Of a DNA stretch of 64,000 nucleotides, positions 1 through 12,429 are shown piece after piece (positions within the stretch are counted from its first letter, which is position 1; each line of letters starts with the position of its first letter). Below the pieces are notes generated by a model. That model was not told the origin of the DNA and did not search any database. It saw only the letters and a program-made list of their open reading frames with translations. Made by a program: the position numbers and the translations under genes. The stretch comes from the human T2T-CHM13v2.0 reference genome, Homo sapiens: NCBI RefSeq assembly GCF_009914755.1, contig NC_060927.1. One strand, written 5' to 3'.

Positions 1-579
1 TTTTTAAAGTACTTAGTATTATGTTTGCATTTTAGGCTAATACTCATTGAGAGACTGGTAGGCAAACACGTTGAACTAAAGAGCTGTAGTAGATAATGTC
101 CAATGGGGAAAAATGTTTGAGTAGAGACTAACTGCAAGTGATCAGTTTACTGTGCATACCTTTATGTTATTCTCCCTACTAGAGCATTGGACAGTGAACA
201 CTCAGATGAGACTCATCTCTGTTATATGTTTGAATTGACTTTTTCTTCCTATTTTTTTCCTTGGCATTCTACTGGGGATCATTGCATATGAATGTGCAGT
301 TTATGTCTGTAGAAGGTGCCAAACTGAGGGCAACAGGGCAAACACACAAATGCCCCTTGGAGAAGAGATACCTTCTTCTTTGCACAATTCCATGCTCACC
401 TGTGGCAAACCTTTAAAAAATATAACAAAGGCACCACATACACCAAAGCTAGCCCTGGTTCCATAATTCTCTTCCTCATTCCACTTCAACCAGCCATGTC
501 ATTTTGCAGGTTCTGGTACATTCCATGCAAACTGCCTCCACAGGGCCTTCAGACTTACTGTTATGTTCCCCCCACCCCG

Positions 580-1640
580 CCCCACTGTCTTTTTGTTTTC
601 TAAAACATTTGAAAGTAAGTTGCAGACATCATGCTATTTTATCCTAAATGCTTCAGCACATGCCTTATAAGAACAGCATCATGCTTCCACAGGAACATTA
701 GTTTTCATATCTGAGAAACTGAACATTAATAATATTATTCAACATACAGTTCTATTCAAAGTTCTCCAATTGTTTTATGTGTTTCCCCTATAAGTTGTGT
801 GAATGTGGTTTTTAATATTTTTACTTTTTAGAATCTAACCAGGGATCACAATTTGCCTTTGGTTATCATGTGTTCTTAGCTTCCTTTAATCTATAATCAT
901 CTCTTTTGTTTTGTTTGTTAATTTGTTTGGCCTTTCGTATCTTGACAGTTTTGACAAATTCAGGTAAACTGTTCTGGAAAATGTTCCACAATTTGGAACA
1001 CATCAGGTTAAATATTTTGTTCAGGAACATGACAGCAAGGTGATATTGTGGCTTCCCATTGTATCATATCAGGAGGTACATAATGGTAATTTGTCCCATT
1101 ATTGGTGATGCTTACTTTGATCCCTGGGCTAAGATGTTCTCACTATTGCAAAATTTCCCTTTTTTTCCTTCATAATTCATAATAATCTGTTGGGTGAAAT
1201 GCTGACAATGTGGAGGTCATTTTACTCTATGTTTTTAAGTAATATTTGATGATTGTTGCCTAAATCAATTCTGAGATTGTTTGCAAAATAGTTATTTTCT
1301 AATTGTATCATTTCTTCCACTTATAGTAGCTGGCATACTTTTTTTGAGGTTTTTTTTTTTTTTTTCCTGCTACCCCCTCTATATTTAGTTGACTTAAAAT
1401 GCAATATGTTATGATTTTTTTTCTTTAATGCTCAAATAGTCTCAAATTTGGTCAGCTGGATCTTTCAAACTTGTCCTTATGCCTTTTTGTTATGTCCCCA
1501 TTAATCATTGAGGACCTTCTTGTTTTCTGACATTATAAGAACATTTAAAATCATCAGCGATTTTTCTTGCCCTCAGCCATTTTTCCAAGGAACTGAAGTT
1601 CCTTTATGGGGAGAATGGTATTTAGAAACTAAGATGTTGG
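580..1640 (-). mobile_element. Ancient L1M (L1MC-like) 3' UTR fragment
   Basis: Motifs such as 'aaacatttgaaagtaagttgcagacatcatg' and 'ggagaatggtatttagaaactaagat' resemble the reverse complement of L1MC 3' ends; boundaries approximate. Confidence 0.6.
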
Positions 1641-3676
1641 CACCAGATGAGCACATCAATGTTAGGTTGGGCATGACCAATTTCCACTTCTACTGTATCT
1701 GGTCCATTTCCATTCCTCTTTCTCTTGTTCCCACTTATCTAATTTTGGATTTTATGCAATTAAAGCATTTACTTCCTTTGCATTTTCTGTGGTTAAGCAG
1801 TTAATTTCATGTGTTTCTACCTAAAATTCTATGTGATTCCTAAAGATTGGCAAGTGGTGAGAATCCCTCTGTCTTCATCTGACAATGAGAAAGCTCTAAA
1901 ATTCCACACGTTATTCAAGTATTTTGCAGTCACCTCTGTTTGTCTTTCATCTGATTTTTACAGATGTTCTAAAGTTCCCAAAATAAATAGAGGTAATCAG
2001 TGAATCACAATATCTGGAAGATAAAGCAAATGCTTACCTGTTTGCTTTGCCATCTGCTCCATTTTAGATTGGATCAGTACATATTCAGTCTCCCCAAACA
2101 GTATGCACTTCTCAAATACCCATGGTGACTGGCTCCAATTCCATCTGGTTGTTTCTGATTATTTCATTACAGCTGTTCAGATTTATAAACCCAGCAATTA
2201 AAAGAACTTAGACATGTTAATACTTATGTAGCCCTTAACCACCATGCCTCAAAAGAAAAATTGGGAAAGGTTTTACAACACATTGTTTCATTGAAGGGAC
2301 TGTTATTAGTTTAATGAAACATGCTACACATGCACATTATTTTTAAAGATTTCTTTCTTTCTTTTTAGAGTTGTCAAGCCTTCATTTACAAATAGAAGAT
2401 TAGCTATAGTTTATTTTAATTGTTCCAAATTTTACAATGGTGAAAAGCAACAATACAAATCCCAGATTTTTTTTCCCCTAGCAATGTTTCTATGGGAAGA
2501 TTAAGAGTGTCTGCAACTTGTTCTAGAGAAATAATTTCAATTGGCTCAAGTCCATTAACTGCAGGGAAAAACACCTGGCAAGGCGGTTGGTAGCAGCCCA
2601 TTCTTGTTAACCTTTCAGCCTTCACAATAACTATCAGCAGGCACTGAATCAGGGCCTCTAATAAACTGGCATTAAAGCTGCTGACAGCTAATAACTTTTT
2701 ATGGGTTTCCAGAACTAAATAAAAGAAAATTCTGATTAATTAGAATCAAACAATTTTCAAATTCCATAACCCCAGAATTAAAAAAAATTTAGACATATAA
2801 AATAAAGTAAATATTAATACGGCCTTTCAGAAGACATTTTCAGCATAAACAAAATAGATTTTAAAGTACATTATTTTAGCTATTTTACTCCAGTTTAACT
2901 TTCTGCTACCATGCTCTTTTTTTTTAGTAAAAGAGAAAATAGCTAAGAAATTGAAAACTTAGCATACCAACTATAGAAATAAAGTTTTAACTGAATTATT
3001 TCAACATGTCAAATAATTTTGCAAGTGAATTATAGAAACTCTTTAATCTTCAATAATTGTGGAAGAGTAGAACTCAGGAGAGACATTTTAAGGAGAGTAT
3101 TTAAAAGCTTCACACACATCGATTTTCTTCTTTTTGCCTTCCTATAAGAAAACCAATCTGCAGGTGGACTGTATCTGTAACCTGTTCACCACTGGTTAGG
3201 TGGAAACTAAGGTGGTCTTGAGGAGTTGCAGGAGGAAACCAGAGTCGAAAAGTTACGGAAACACTATGGTTCTTTAAGGAAATAGACAGAATTTATTTTC
3301 TTTCTTGAGCCAGATAGCTGATGTTCAGTTGCTAGATGCAACTCTGGTAGAAAGAAGGCATGGGTAGAGATTGAGTAGGGAGTCAGTTTATATCACTGAC
3401 GACTTTAGACAAAAACAATTGAGAACCATCATTGTACCAGAATGGAATGTGCGAGGTTTCTTAGGGGCTAGATTCAGGTAACTATGGTGATAGGAGGATA
3501 GAAAAGCTCTACCTATACCCATGGCTCAGCTCCTGTAGATGGAAGGAAATAAAGTTGTTTCTGAGAATGGAGAGACACCTGAGACAGTGAGTGAAGACGC
3601 AATACAGTGAGGTGAAAACTTCTCCTAACTTCTAAGCTTATAACACAACCTTGTAGGGTGTGGCGAAAACCATAGA

Positions 3677-4060
3677 TGCTATGGTTTGAATGTTTGTCTC
3701 CTTCCAAACTCATGTTGAAATTTAATTGCCATTGTAACAGTATTAAATGATGGGACTCTTAAAAGGTGATTAGGCTATGAAGGCTCTACCGTAAAGAATG
3801 GATTCATGCTGTTATGGAAGTGGGCTCATTATTATGCAAGTAGATTCTTTATAAAACTATAATTTTGTCCCCCTTTTCTATCTCTCACCCTCCTTTTGTC
3901 CTTCTCTTATGTTATGACACAGCAAGAAGTCCCTCACCAGATGCTGGTACTTTGATCTTAGACTTCTCAGGCTCCAGAACTATGAGAAATAAATTTCTGT
4001 TTATTGTAAATTAACCAGTCTGTGATATTTTGTTATAACAGCACATGACCGACTAAGACA
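3677..4060 (+). mobile_element. MaLR solo LTR (MSTC/MSTD-like)
   Basis: Starts 'tgctatggtttgaatgtttg', ends 'gactaagaca'; internal AATAAA and 'ccctcaccagatgctgg'. Confidence 0.85.
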
Positions 4061-4549
4061 GTACCCATGGCTATTTGCATGAAGGAGTTAAGATTCTGTA
4101 GAAACAAATTCAAGTAAATCTTCACCTTTTTAGCATGGAGGGAGCTTTGGAATAAGGGTTTTTGTTAAAGAATGCAAGTATTTGCCAGTGGGAGAAATGT
4201 AGTAGGATAATACTTTGAGATATGGACTGTAGTTCTTTATAATCTTTCTTCTAGAGAAGGTAGCTAAAATATTCCACATTTATGTTTCATGGAATAAATA
4301 TGACCAGAATCAGAAACAGAGAGAGAGAGAAAAAAAAAAACCCAACTTTTGAAAGGCCATTTGAAAAGACTTTTAAAACTCCTAGTTGGGTGAAAGACTT
4401 TGGAATTTCTAAAGCTTAAAGTTAAAATAAACAATCAAGTTGGAAAAACTCATGATCAGAGAGAATTAGTATTTCCCATCCCTAGTGACTCAATAAAATT
4501 TGCTTGGACTGAGAAGAAAGAAGTAATCAGAAGATAAGTAAGAGCGTTT

Positions 4550-4845
4550 ATGTATGGTAGAGCTGCTATGCTCTGCCCCTCCATACTTGCTTGAAAACTG
4601 GAAAGGCACAGACAAATCCCAGATTTGAAAGCAAGATCCATTCTCTTCTTCCCAGTGAATAACCAAGAAAATCCCAAGACCAGACCTCCCCCTGGTGCCC
4701 AGTATCATGTGAGAGCAAAAGGAAGGCTTCAGTGTCATGTCTGAAATGAGAGAGCGTAGAGCAGCCTCACAGAATTTCTCACAACTTACAGCAGCAATGG
4801 AAAGCAGCTGGTTGTTTTCTCTCCTTCTGAGATGTTGAAAACATC

Positions 4846-4888
<43 letters not shown>

Positions 4889-5245
4889 GAGACAGAGAGT
4901 GCACCACACCTGGAGAGTTCCTACAGGAACTCTTGGGAAAACTTGAAGCCAACTTACATAGGTCAGTAACTGTTAGGTCCTAACATGTTTATCTCAGAGG
5001 ATGCAGCAGGAGGAGCTCTTGAATAAGGAAAAATACCATCTCCTCATTCCCTTATATTGAGGCATCACCTAAGAACCCTCGATTTATGACAAAACCCCTG
5101 GAACAAAGGTGATTATCTTGACTTAAGATTTCATTTTGATCAAATGGGAACCAAAAATACAAAATTAACTTAAGATATAGGAAAACAAACAAATTAACAC
5201 TTTTTGCCCACCTGAGTTTTGTGGAATGACATTCATACCCATTAC
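4550..5245 (+). mobile_element. Possible ancient mammalian Gypsy-type LTR (MamGypLTR-like) containing a (GA)n tract
   Basis: 3' end 'cacctgagttttgtggaatgacattcatacccattaca' resembles MamGypLTR termini; 5' limit uncertain. Confidence 0.4.
4850..4884. repeat. (GA)n microsatellite
   Basis: Direct reading of the agagag tract. Confidence 0.95.
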
Positions 5246-5251
5246 AGTTTA

Positions 5252-5624
5252 TGTCTTAGTCCATTTTCTGCTGCTATAACAGAATACCACACACTCAGTA
5301 ATTTATAAATAAAAGAGACTTATTTGGCTTATGGTTTTTGGGACTGGGAAGTCCAAGATCAAGGGGCTGCATCTGGTGAGGGCCTCCTTGCTGTTTCATA
5401 ACATGATGAAAGATATCACATGGTGAGAAAGGGCTAGAGAGGTAAAAGTACTTGATACAGATAGAGGAAAAGGAGGGCAAACTTCTGAGATAATGGCATT
5501 AATCCATTTATGAGGGCAGAGGTTTCATGATCTAATCACTCCCTAAAAGTTTTACCTATTAATACCATCACAATGGCAATTAAAGTTCAGTGTTGGTTTT
5601 GGAGGAGCCATTTAAACCCTATCA
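5252..5624 (-). mobile_element. MaLR solo LTR (MSTD-like)
   Basis: 'tgtcttagtccattttctgctgctataacagaatacc' ... 'tttaaaccctatca' is the reverse complement of MST termini. Confidence 0.85.
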
Positions 5625-6561
5625 ATTTGTATTTAAGTTATTTGTGTGCCAGCTTTAATAAATCCTTTTAGATGGTGAATTTCTATAGGACATTGGTTGC
5701 CTCTCTTTTTCTGATTTCCAGGCATCTTAAAAATAGTAGGAACTTAATATATATTTGTTCAATTGTATTGAATAGCTTAATCCAAAACATTCCCACTAGT
5801 AAATTGTCTTGGTAACCACCTTATTCATATATTATTATTAGCCCTGGTGCTCAAGTACTTTTACTCATTCAATGAGTCATCTGATATAACCAACTACAAT
5901 GAACATCAGCTAATACAAAGAAGGCATAATAGAGAAGCAAACCATAAGGCCATCATGACTTGAGCACATAGAGAACCAGTTTCAACAACTGTTGTCACTA
6001 CTTCTTGAAGTACTATCTTCACTTGGTTTCTAAAACACTCTATTCATCTAGTTTTCCTTCTATTTGTCTAATCCTACTCAATCTCTTTGCTGACATCTCC
6101 TTCCTTGGTCTTATTCAATCATTAGGCTATAAAATTCTTCTGTACACTAAAGACTCACACATTTATATACACATCTATCTGCTCCACACTTCTCTCTTTA
6201 GCTCCAGCTGCCTACTTGACCACTGTATCTAGGTGTCTAACAGGCTTTTAAAACTTAACATGTTTAAACTTGAGCTCTATATTCTCCCCAAAGCCAATGC
6301 CTTTATCAGTTTTTTTCCCATATTAGTAAATGACAATTTTCTATTTCCAGTATCTTAGGCCAAAATCCCTGTTGTCATCCTGGACTACTAATTTTCTCCT
6401 GGACCTCACATCCAAGTCCTCAGGGAAACCTAGCAGCTGAACCTTTAACTATATCCAGGATCTGACCATTCTCAATACATCTACTGCTGTCACCCAGGTC
6501 TAAGCCATCATCTCTTGCCTCCTATCTGACCTCTGTTTTTACCATTGCGCTTCTATAGCCT

Positions 6562-6873
6562 TGCAATGGACTCAATGTTTATGTTCCCCCAACATTCGCA
6601 TGTTGAAATTCTTACCCATAGGTGATGGTATTAGTAAGTGAGGCCTCTGGTAGATGATTAGGTCATAAGGCTGAATCTGCTTTTTATTAATGCCTTTATA
6701 AAAGAGATCCAAGAAAGCTTGTTTGCCCCTTTCACCATGTGAGGGATCATCTATGAACCAGAAAGTGGGCCCTCACTAGAAGCTGAATCTTCTGGTGTGT
6801 ACTTGATCTTGAACTTCCCAGCAACCAGAATAGTAAAAAATATTTTGTTATAGCAGCCTGAGAGATTAAGACA
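6562..6873 (+). mobile_element. MaLR solo LTR (MLT1A-like) nested in L2
   Basis: tg...ca termini ('tgcaatggactcaatg' ... 'attaagaca'); 5-bp TSD agcct/aggct. Confidence 0.8.
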
Positions 6874-7237
6874 AGGCTGTTATTAACACAGTGGCCAGAG
6901 TGAGCCTTTTAAATTGTAATCAGATCAGGTCTCTCCTCTGGACAACTATTTCCATAGCTTTAAAACTCAGAGTAAAAGTCAAGATCCACACTATAACCTC
7001 TCTGCATGTGATCTGGCCTGCTGTTACCTCTCAATCCTCATTTCTTCCTCTGAGGACCTCAGCAACTCTGTCTACTTACTGTTTCCCCAGCCTATCCAAC
7101 ATACTCTCAAAACAAGGGCTCTGTACTTGCTGCTCTCAAAGAACATTCAATAGAATGTTCTTCTCTATCATATTGTCATGGTTATTAATATTTACTTCCC
7201 TCACTTTCTTCTGATTTTTATTCCAAAGTTTCATGGG

Positions 7238-7559
<322 letters not shown>

Positions 7560-9109
7560 TAAGGACTTTTCTGTCCATTCTATCTAAAATTTCAATACCT
7601 AAGTTCACATTTCACAGAGCTCTTTCCTGTTTAATAATTTCTCTTTTTTTTTTTTTAGCACACGTCACTTATTTACATGTTATATATTTTACTTATTTAT
7701 TTTGCTTATTGTCTGTATGGTGCTTGATAGTGTCTTGTTCACTGTATTATATCTGGTCCTACAATAGTGGTTGACATATGGTAAGTCCTCGACAAATATT
7801 TGTTGAATGGTCATTGAGCAAGTAAATGAGTATTTACTAAACTATCAGCAGATTATTTTCTAGTTTTATTTAATAATTTATGGTCATATGAAATAAAACT
7901 ATTCATTAACAAAAAGTTTAGAATGTATTCTATTCTTTTTCAGTACCAAATCTAGTATTTCTCATCCATCATCCTGCAGATGGAAAAAAAATCCATTATT
8001 AAATTGCTTTTGTAATACAAGTTTGCATACAATAAAAGTATAAAATATTTTTCAACCCAGAGTACAAGATAAAGTACTTTTCTCCTAGTAAATACACTTT
8101 CTAAACACAATGCTATCTGTAAAAAGTCCTGTTAGTAATTAGCATAAAGTTTATTTTGCCTCACTGTAAATGGTTTCTTAATCTTAGAATGGTTTCTGAA
8201 CCAAATTACAGAATAAGCATTATGCTTTTGAGTGAAAGCAATGTGTCTGTAGACAATCTTATGTTTACTTTCTTCTTTGGTTATAATGTTCTTTTTCGCT
8301 AGAATTTTTAACCTTCTTATTTCTGCCCATGAAAACCCAATATATTAGCTCAGTCATTTTCAGGTTATAGCTCTGAAAGTTACTACACCCTATATATTAA
8401 GGGTGTAGTAATTTTAATACTTGCTAAAGTATTTGCTTATCAGTTAGCTTTCCACAATTTTGGCATCAAGAAAGGGAAAATGACAATGTTCTTCCTGAAG
8501 AGAGGAGAATATGATGTTGGTGAATACTGTAATAGAATTTGTAATCTACCTTCTAATGTTTCAAAGCCCCAGAATGAGGAGGAAGTTCCTTGCACATGTA
8601 GATATAAAACTAAGGCAGAGGGCCTGCAGCCTTGCTCAGCATTTGGTTCTCCAGTAGGAAAGTGATGTTCAGAGCTTGTCTGGCCAACCTGCAGCAGCAG
8701 ACCAGCACAATTAAGAGAGCAACTGGTTTGGTCTGATGGAGAGCAGATCTCATTTACAACTGCATGTTTCTTTCAATTCCAGAGTACATGGACATTGGAC
8801 ATGGACATTAGTTTAAGGACATTGGTATGGTGGGAACAACCTGAGAATAAAGATGAGATGGAAGGTGTGGCATAGACTCAGGGTCTGCAGAAGCAGGGAG
8901 CGGAGAGGAAGATGCATTGGCTTGGAAGGGTAAGGGGATGGACCAAGCTAAGAAATTTTGGATCACAGGGTATGACCACACAATAAATCAGCTAACAATG
9001 GCTGAATGATCACCAGCTAACACACCCAAAGATTAGCTTGAAGCTACAGAGTCTCCCTCTTGCAGGTCCCAAGATCATTCAAATATCCACACCAAGAACA
9101 CAATATACC

Positions 9110-9465
9110 CAAGGGTCAGCAAATTGCAGTCCACAAGCTGAATAGTGCCTGCTGCCTCTTTTTGTGTGTCTTGGAAGCTAAAATGTGTGGGTTTTTTTTT
9201 TTTTTACATTTTTAAATGATTGAAAAACAATAAAAATATTTTGTAACACTTGAATGTTGTGTGAAAATCAAACTATATATGAGGTATCCATAAATAAAGT
9301 TTCATTAAATCATAGCTACACCCATTCATTTACATCTTTACATCTTACCTATGATTGTTTTCCTGCTTCAACGGCAGAATTGAATAGTTGCAATAGAGAC
9401 TATATGGCCAATTAAGACTAAAATATAGTATCTGAGTATTTATAGAAAAAGTTTGCCCACTCTTG
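9110..9465. mobile_element. MER58B-like hAT-Charlie DNA transposon
   Basis: TIR-like ends 'caagggtcagcaaa' ... 'gtttgcccactcttg' and MER58-type internal sequence. Confidence 0.75.
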
Positions 9466-9883
9466 TAATACAACATGTTAGAAAGTAGCCTAGGGAGAAA
9501 CAGAGCTATAACAGAGCCTAGGGAGAAACAGAGCTGAAGAACGGAGCTATAACCTGAAAATGAGTGAGTTAACCACAAAGAGACCCTTGAATTATTGAAT
9601 CCACTAAATTTAACTAGATTAGACAAAAATTAGGATTAGCAAGGAATTGCAGATGATGCCAATTCTGCCATATGTTCCTAAATGGCTCAATGGGACATCC
9701 TCAGTTACGTGGTATCTCAGGTGGTGGGCGTCTCTTGGCCCTCAATAGACACAGCACAGATTTACTCACACCTTATGTGAATAAAATATTTTACATCAAG
9801 TTTCAGCACATAAAGATTTTACTACAGCCCAAGCTTATGAAACCTCTAGGCAAAACTGTAATATAGCATACACAGAATATAAG

Positions 9884-10036
9884 AAAGAATATATATATAT
9901 ATTCTTTATATATATATATTCTTTATAGATATATTCTTTTTATATATATTCTTTATATATATTCTTTATATATATTCTTTATATATATAAATAATATATA
10001 TAAAGAATATATATAAAGTATATATATATAAAGAAA

Positions 10037-10078
<42 letters not shown>

Positions 10079-10085
10079 TTTCTTT
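9884..10085. repeat. AT-rich complex repeat with (TA)n and perfect palindromes
   Basis: Units ttcttt(at)n followed by their reverse complement (at)naaagaa; palindromes at 9884-9907 and 10030-10085. Confidence 0.9.
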
Positions 10086-10759
10086 CTACTTACATATCTG
10101 TTGGCAACCCTATTTCCATGCTTGCTAAACTACCAACCTCACTCAGGCTGTTTTATCGATGTCTTGTGTCACTCTGGGCTGTCCTCCCTTGTTCTCCACA
10201 AGACAGTGGAAATGCCTCATTTGTTTACATTGAAATATGAGTGTTTGATGGTTATGGATGTGTTGTGTCTCACATTTTGAAAACAATGGTTTATTAATGC
10301 AAGAGATACATTCCTAATGGAAGAACTGGAGCTATAATATTTAGTTATATGCTTTCAGAATTTAAGCTGTAGATTCATGCAAACACAATAGGTCAATTTG
10401 TAAGGAAGCACATGTATATATGTGCTATTTTGCTTTATTTTTTGAATTTGCATTACATACTCCAATTTTAAAGGAGAGGAAGTGGAAATACAAAAAAATA
10501 TGTTGTTATGTTTTTATGTCATAGCTAAACTGGGCCATTTAACCTTGACCTATGACATAAAAAAACCATGTTTTTATGTTAATTGAAGACACATCTGGAT
10601 TTATAAGACAACTGGGAAGGAATATGGAAGTAATCACCTATTCTTTAAATTTAATCTTCAACTTAAACTTTAAAATTATTTAGAGGCAGTCATTTCTCTT
10701 ATTAGTTAAATAACAACTGTACCATACATAAAAACTACCCTCCCTCATTTGTTATTTTC

Positions 10760-10955
10760 AGTGTTAAGTAGAGCTTTTTATTTTACTCTATCCCCTCAAA
10801 TAACTCCGTGAATAGATATTACAATCTCAATATTACAGGCGAGGGTAGTAGTACTAGTGAATTTAATCATTCGCCCACCTCAAAATTATATCACTTGTAA
10901 ACAACAGAACCAGGATTGAAGCACAAGCTTGTATAACTTTAAAGCCTGTGCTCTT
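10760..10955 (-). mobile_element. MIR SINE fragment
   Basis: Ends 'aagcctgtgctcttaa'; degenerate MIR core. Confidence 0.55.
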
Positions 10956-12429
10956 AAGAAAAAGTTTAAAATCTTAACCAGTACTTGACCCTACTTTCTG
11001 TGTTTGAAGTACATTTTTTGCAAACCATTTAGGTTTTGTTTTGTTTTATAATTGCTGAGTTTTCTATATATGTATCTTTAAAGACATTTGTAGCCTATTC
11101 CTTTGTTTCTCTAACTCTCAAGGTTAAATGGCCCAGTTTCGCTATGACAGCATTATTCTTGGTAAAGGAGACATGGCAAGGTAGCAACTGATTGTGCAGA
11201 GTTAACCTTGAAGTTATTTGATGTTAAATCAGTTTTACTTAGGGATGTTTTTTTCACCCCTAAGGTCTCTTTTATTCTGTCATACAATTTGCTGTCAAAC
11301 TAAATGATGCATTTAAATTGAATGACCAAAGATAATGACTGTAACAAGGGAGAGACCCGTACAATTGCTGTTGTAATGTCATTCTGATCTGAATGACCCT
11401 GTTTTGTTGGAGTCATGATACAGTGGATGTCAAGTCATGATAACCTACTACTGTTTCTCACCCAAATAATGGAAGTTTCTCATGGGGTGGCATTAAAAAT
11501 AAAGCTGCCCAAAGGGTATTTGTTATTAGAGACGTTCAGAAATGATGGCAACACTAACTGGAAGTAGAATGTAAGAACAATGTACTCAATTTGATTATCA
11601 AACTGAATGACATTAAGATCTGTTTCTTACTAGAGTTATACAGCATGGTAAAATAATCAGAACAGTGTGGCCAACAAATTGGCTTGGCTACTCTATGAAA
11701 TAGAAAGAAAAATTGGCAAAATGTCTTTTTCAAAGACAATTGGGTTCATAAGTTAGATTTTCTGTAGTGGAAAAAAAGCAATTGCACAGCTTCTAGACTA
11801 TATGACAATCTAGCAGAATAATATGCCTTCACTCTCTCCCTCCTTCCTTCCCTCCCTTCCTGCCTTGCTCCCACCCTTCCTTCCTTTGCTACAGCATGAA
11901 AATCATAGAGGCTAAAATTATTTGGCTTAATTGCACAAAGAGGGCTCTATGATTTTACTTTTATCTTTCAGATTTCAGTCATTTATATTTAGCACTTATA
12001 TATACTTGATGTATTTAATCTCCAAAAGAAATAGACTATATTCCCACAACTCCTTTCTGACATTTTTAATGCACTGTTGCCCATAATTTTTCATTCCATA
12101 AGCCACAAGAGAGAGACCAGAAAGTTTTGTTTCCTAAAAATTTGCTCAATGACATTCTATGCATTTTCTCAATTATTTTGAAGTAGAAAGTCTCATAATC
12201 TTCCTCATAACTCTTCTTTTTTTCCCATTTGACATATGATATAATGTTAATGCTCTAGTTCATGGATTTCACCTCATGAATAGGGAGTATATTGAGAATA
12301 GATTTTGATTTTGTGATCCTTATATGGCCTTGGATATTTTTCCCTTATAACAAGAATAATGTTTTTGTTTTATTACCAAAAGACACATTTAAAGTATATC
12401 TTTTTCTCTATCAAAAGTCATTAAATAAC

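Noticed and set aside
3677-5624. Oppositely oriented MST LTR pair as a provirus or hairpin
   Set aside because: Proviral LTRs are direct repeats; these are diverged, independent solo insertions
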